DNA of 64,000 nucleotides from Acidobacteriota bacterium (GTDB lineage Bacteria > Acidobacteriota > Vicinamibacteria > Vicinamibacterales > SCN-69-37), in NCBI GenBank assembly GCA_005799825.1, contig SYFT01000088.1, forward strand, positions 3,448-67,447, read 5' to 3'. Both the position numbers and the translations under genes were made by a program. This document shows, in pieces, positions 63,948 through 64,000 of this stretch. Position 1 is the first letter of the stretch. Each line of letters starts with the position of its first letter. The notes beneath the pieces are model-generated. The model was not told where the DNA came from. It saw only the letters and a list, made by a program, of their open reading frames with translations, and did no database searches.

Positions 63948-64000
63948 ATGATGAAGATGTTGTACCGGGTGGGCCTGACGCTGGCCTGCCTCGCCCTGGG
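63948..64000 (+). CDS. 5' end of a secreted/lipoprotein-like gene (signal peptide only visible)
   Basis: GGAGG 8 nt upstream. MMKMLYRVGLTLACLAL... is hydrophobic and signal-like. The gene runs off the window, so its identity is unknown. Confidence 0.5.
   Translation, partial: MMKMLYRVGLTLACLAL

Overview
GC-rich bacterial chromosomal segment (roughly two-thirds G+C by eye, not computed). It is densely packed: about 60 protein genes, one tRNA, many 1-4 nt start/stop overlaps and very few intergenic gaps. A TIGR03436-type 'VWFA-related acidobacterial' protein, frequent GTG/TTG starts and the general gene content suggest Acidobacteriota, but this is inference only.

Most of the window is core housekeeping:
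- 1-8.4 kb (minus): glcD-like, aminotransferase, coaD, rsmD, recG, an ECF sigma/anti-sigma/LTXXQ module, and a PfkB kinase.
- 8.4-17.2 kb (plus): lexA, DUF3467, nth, a zinicin-like peptidase, ksgA, rnj, ftsK and an AMIN-amidase.
- 17.4-19.5 kb: pepA (minus strand) and a PKD-like secreted protein (plus strand).
- 19.5-31.3 kb (minus): a 12-gene aromatic amino-acid supraoperon, aroD/E-trpEGDCFBA-DAHP synthase-tyrA-acetoacetyl-CoA synthetase.
- 31.5-41.9 kb: a less conventional block with an S55-like peptidase, a beta-propeller/Ig protein, a region-2-only ECF sigma fragment, a TPR membrane protein, two orphan Dpp/Opp-type ABC permeases and a large sigma-54 activator.
- 41.8-52.6 kb (plus, except pgsA on minus): aroC-def-fmt-rsmB-PASTA-rpe-thioesterase-epimerase-bamD, pgsA, a sugar nucleotidyltransferase and phosphomannomutase.
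- 52.6-64 kb: tRNA-Gly(CCC), the VWFA protein, FKBP, an ABC-F ATPase, an MFS transporter, and a phosphate-flavoured neighbourhood (PhoB/PhoR-like pair, LysE, DUF47(PhoU-like)-Pit, and a second OmpR-type regulator).

I found no mobile elements, CRISPR arrays, prophage or recognisable defence genes, and I cannot point to a clear-cut new multi-gene system. The best-supported non-obvious signal is a classical ribosome-mediated attenuator in front of the aromatic supraoperon: a 34-codon leader ORF with FF...YWWW, a candidate antiterminator, and a hairpin followed by T9. Weaker leads are:
- the S55-like/propeller pair, whose catalytic motif order looks unusual;
- the orphan permeases next to a receiver-less sigma-54 activator;
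- a roughly 27-nt AT-rich motif shared by two unrelated upstream regions;
- Pho-box-like direct repeats;
- a truncated sigma factor;
- short tandem repeats at three gene 3' ends.

All functional calls come from reading the supplied translations and my own hand translations. No searches were run.
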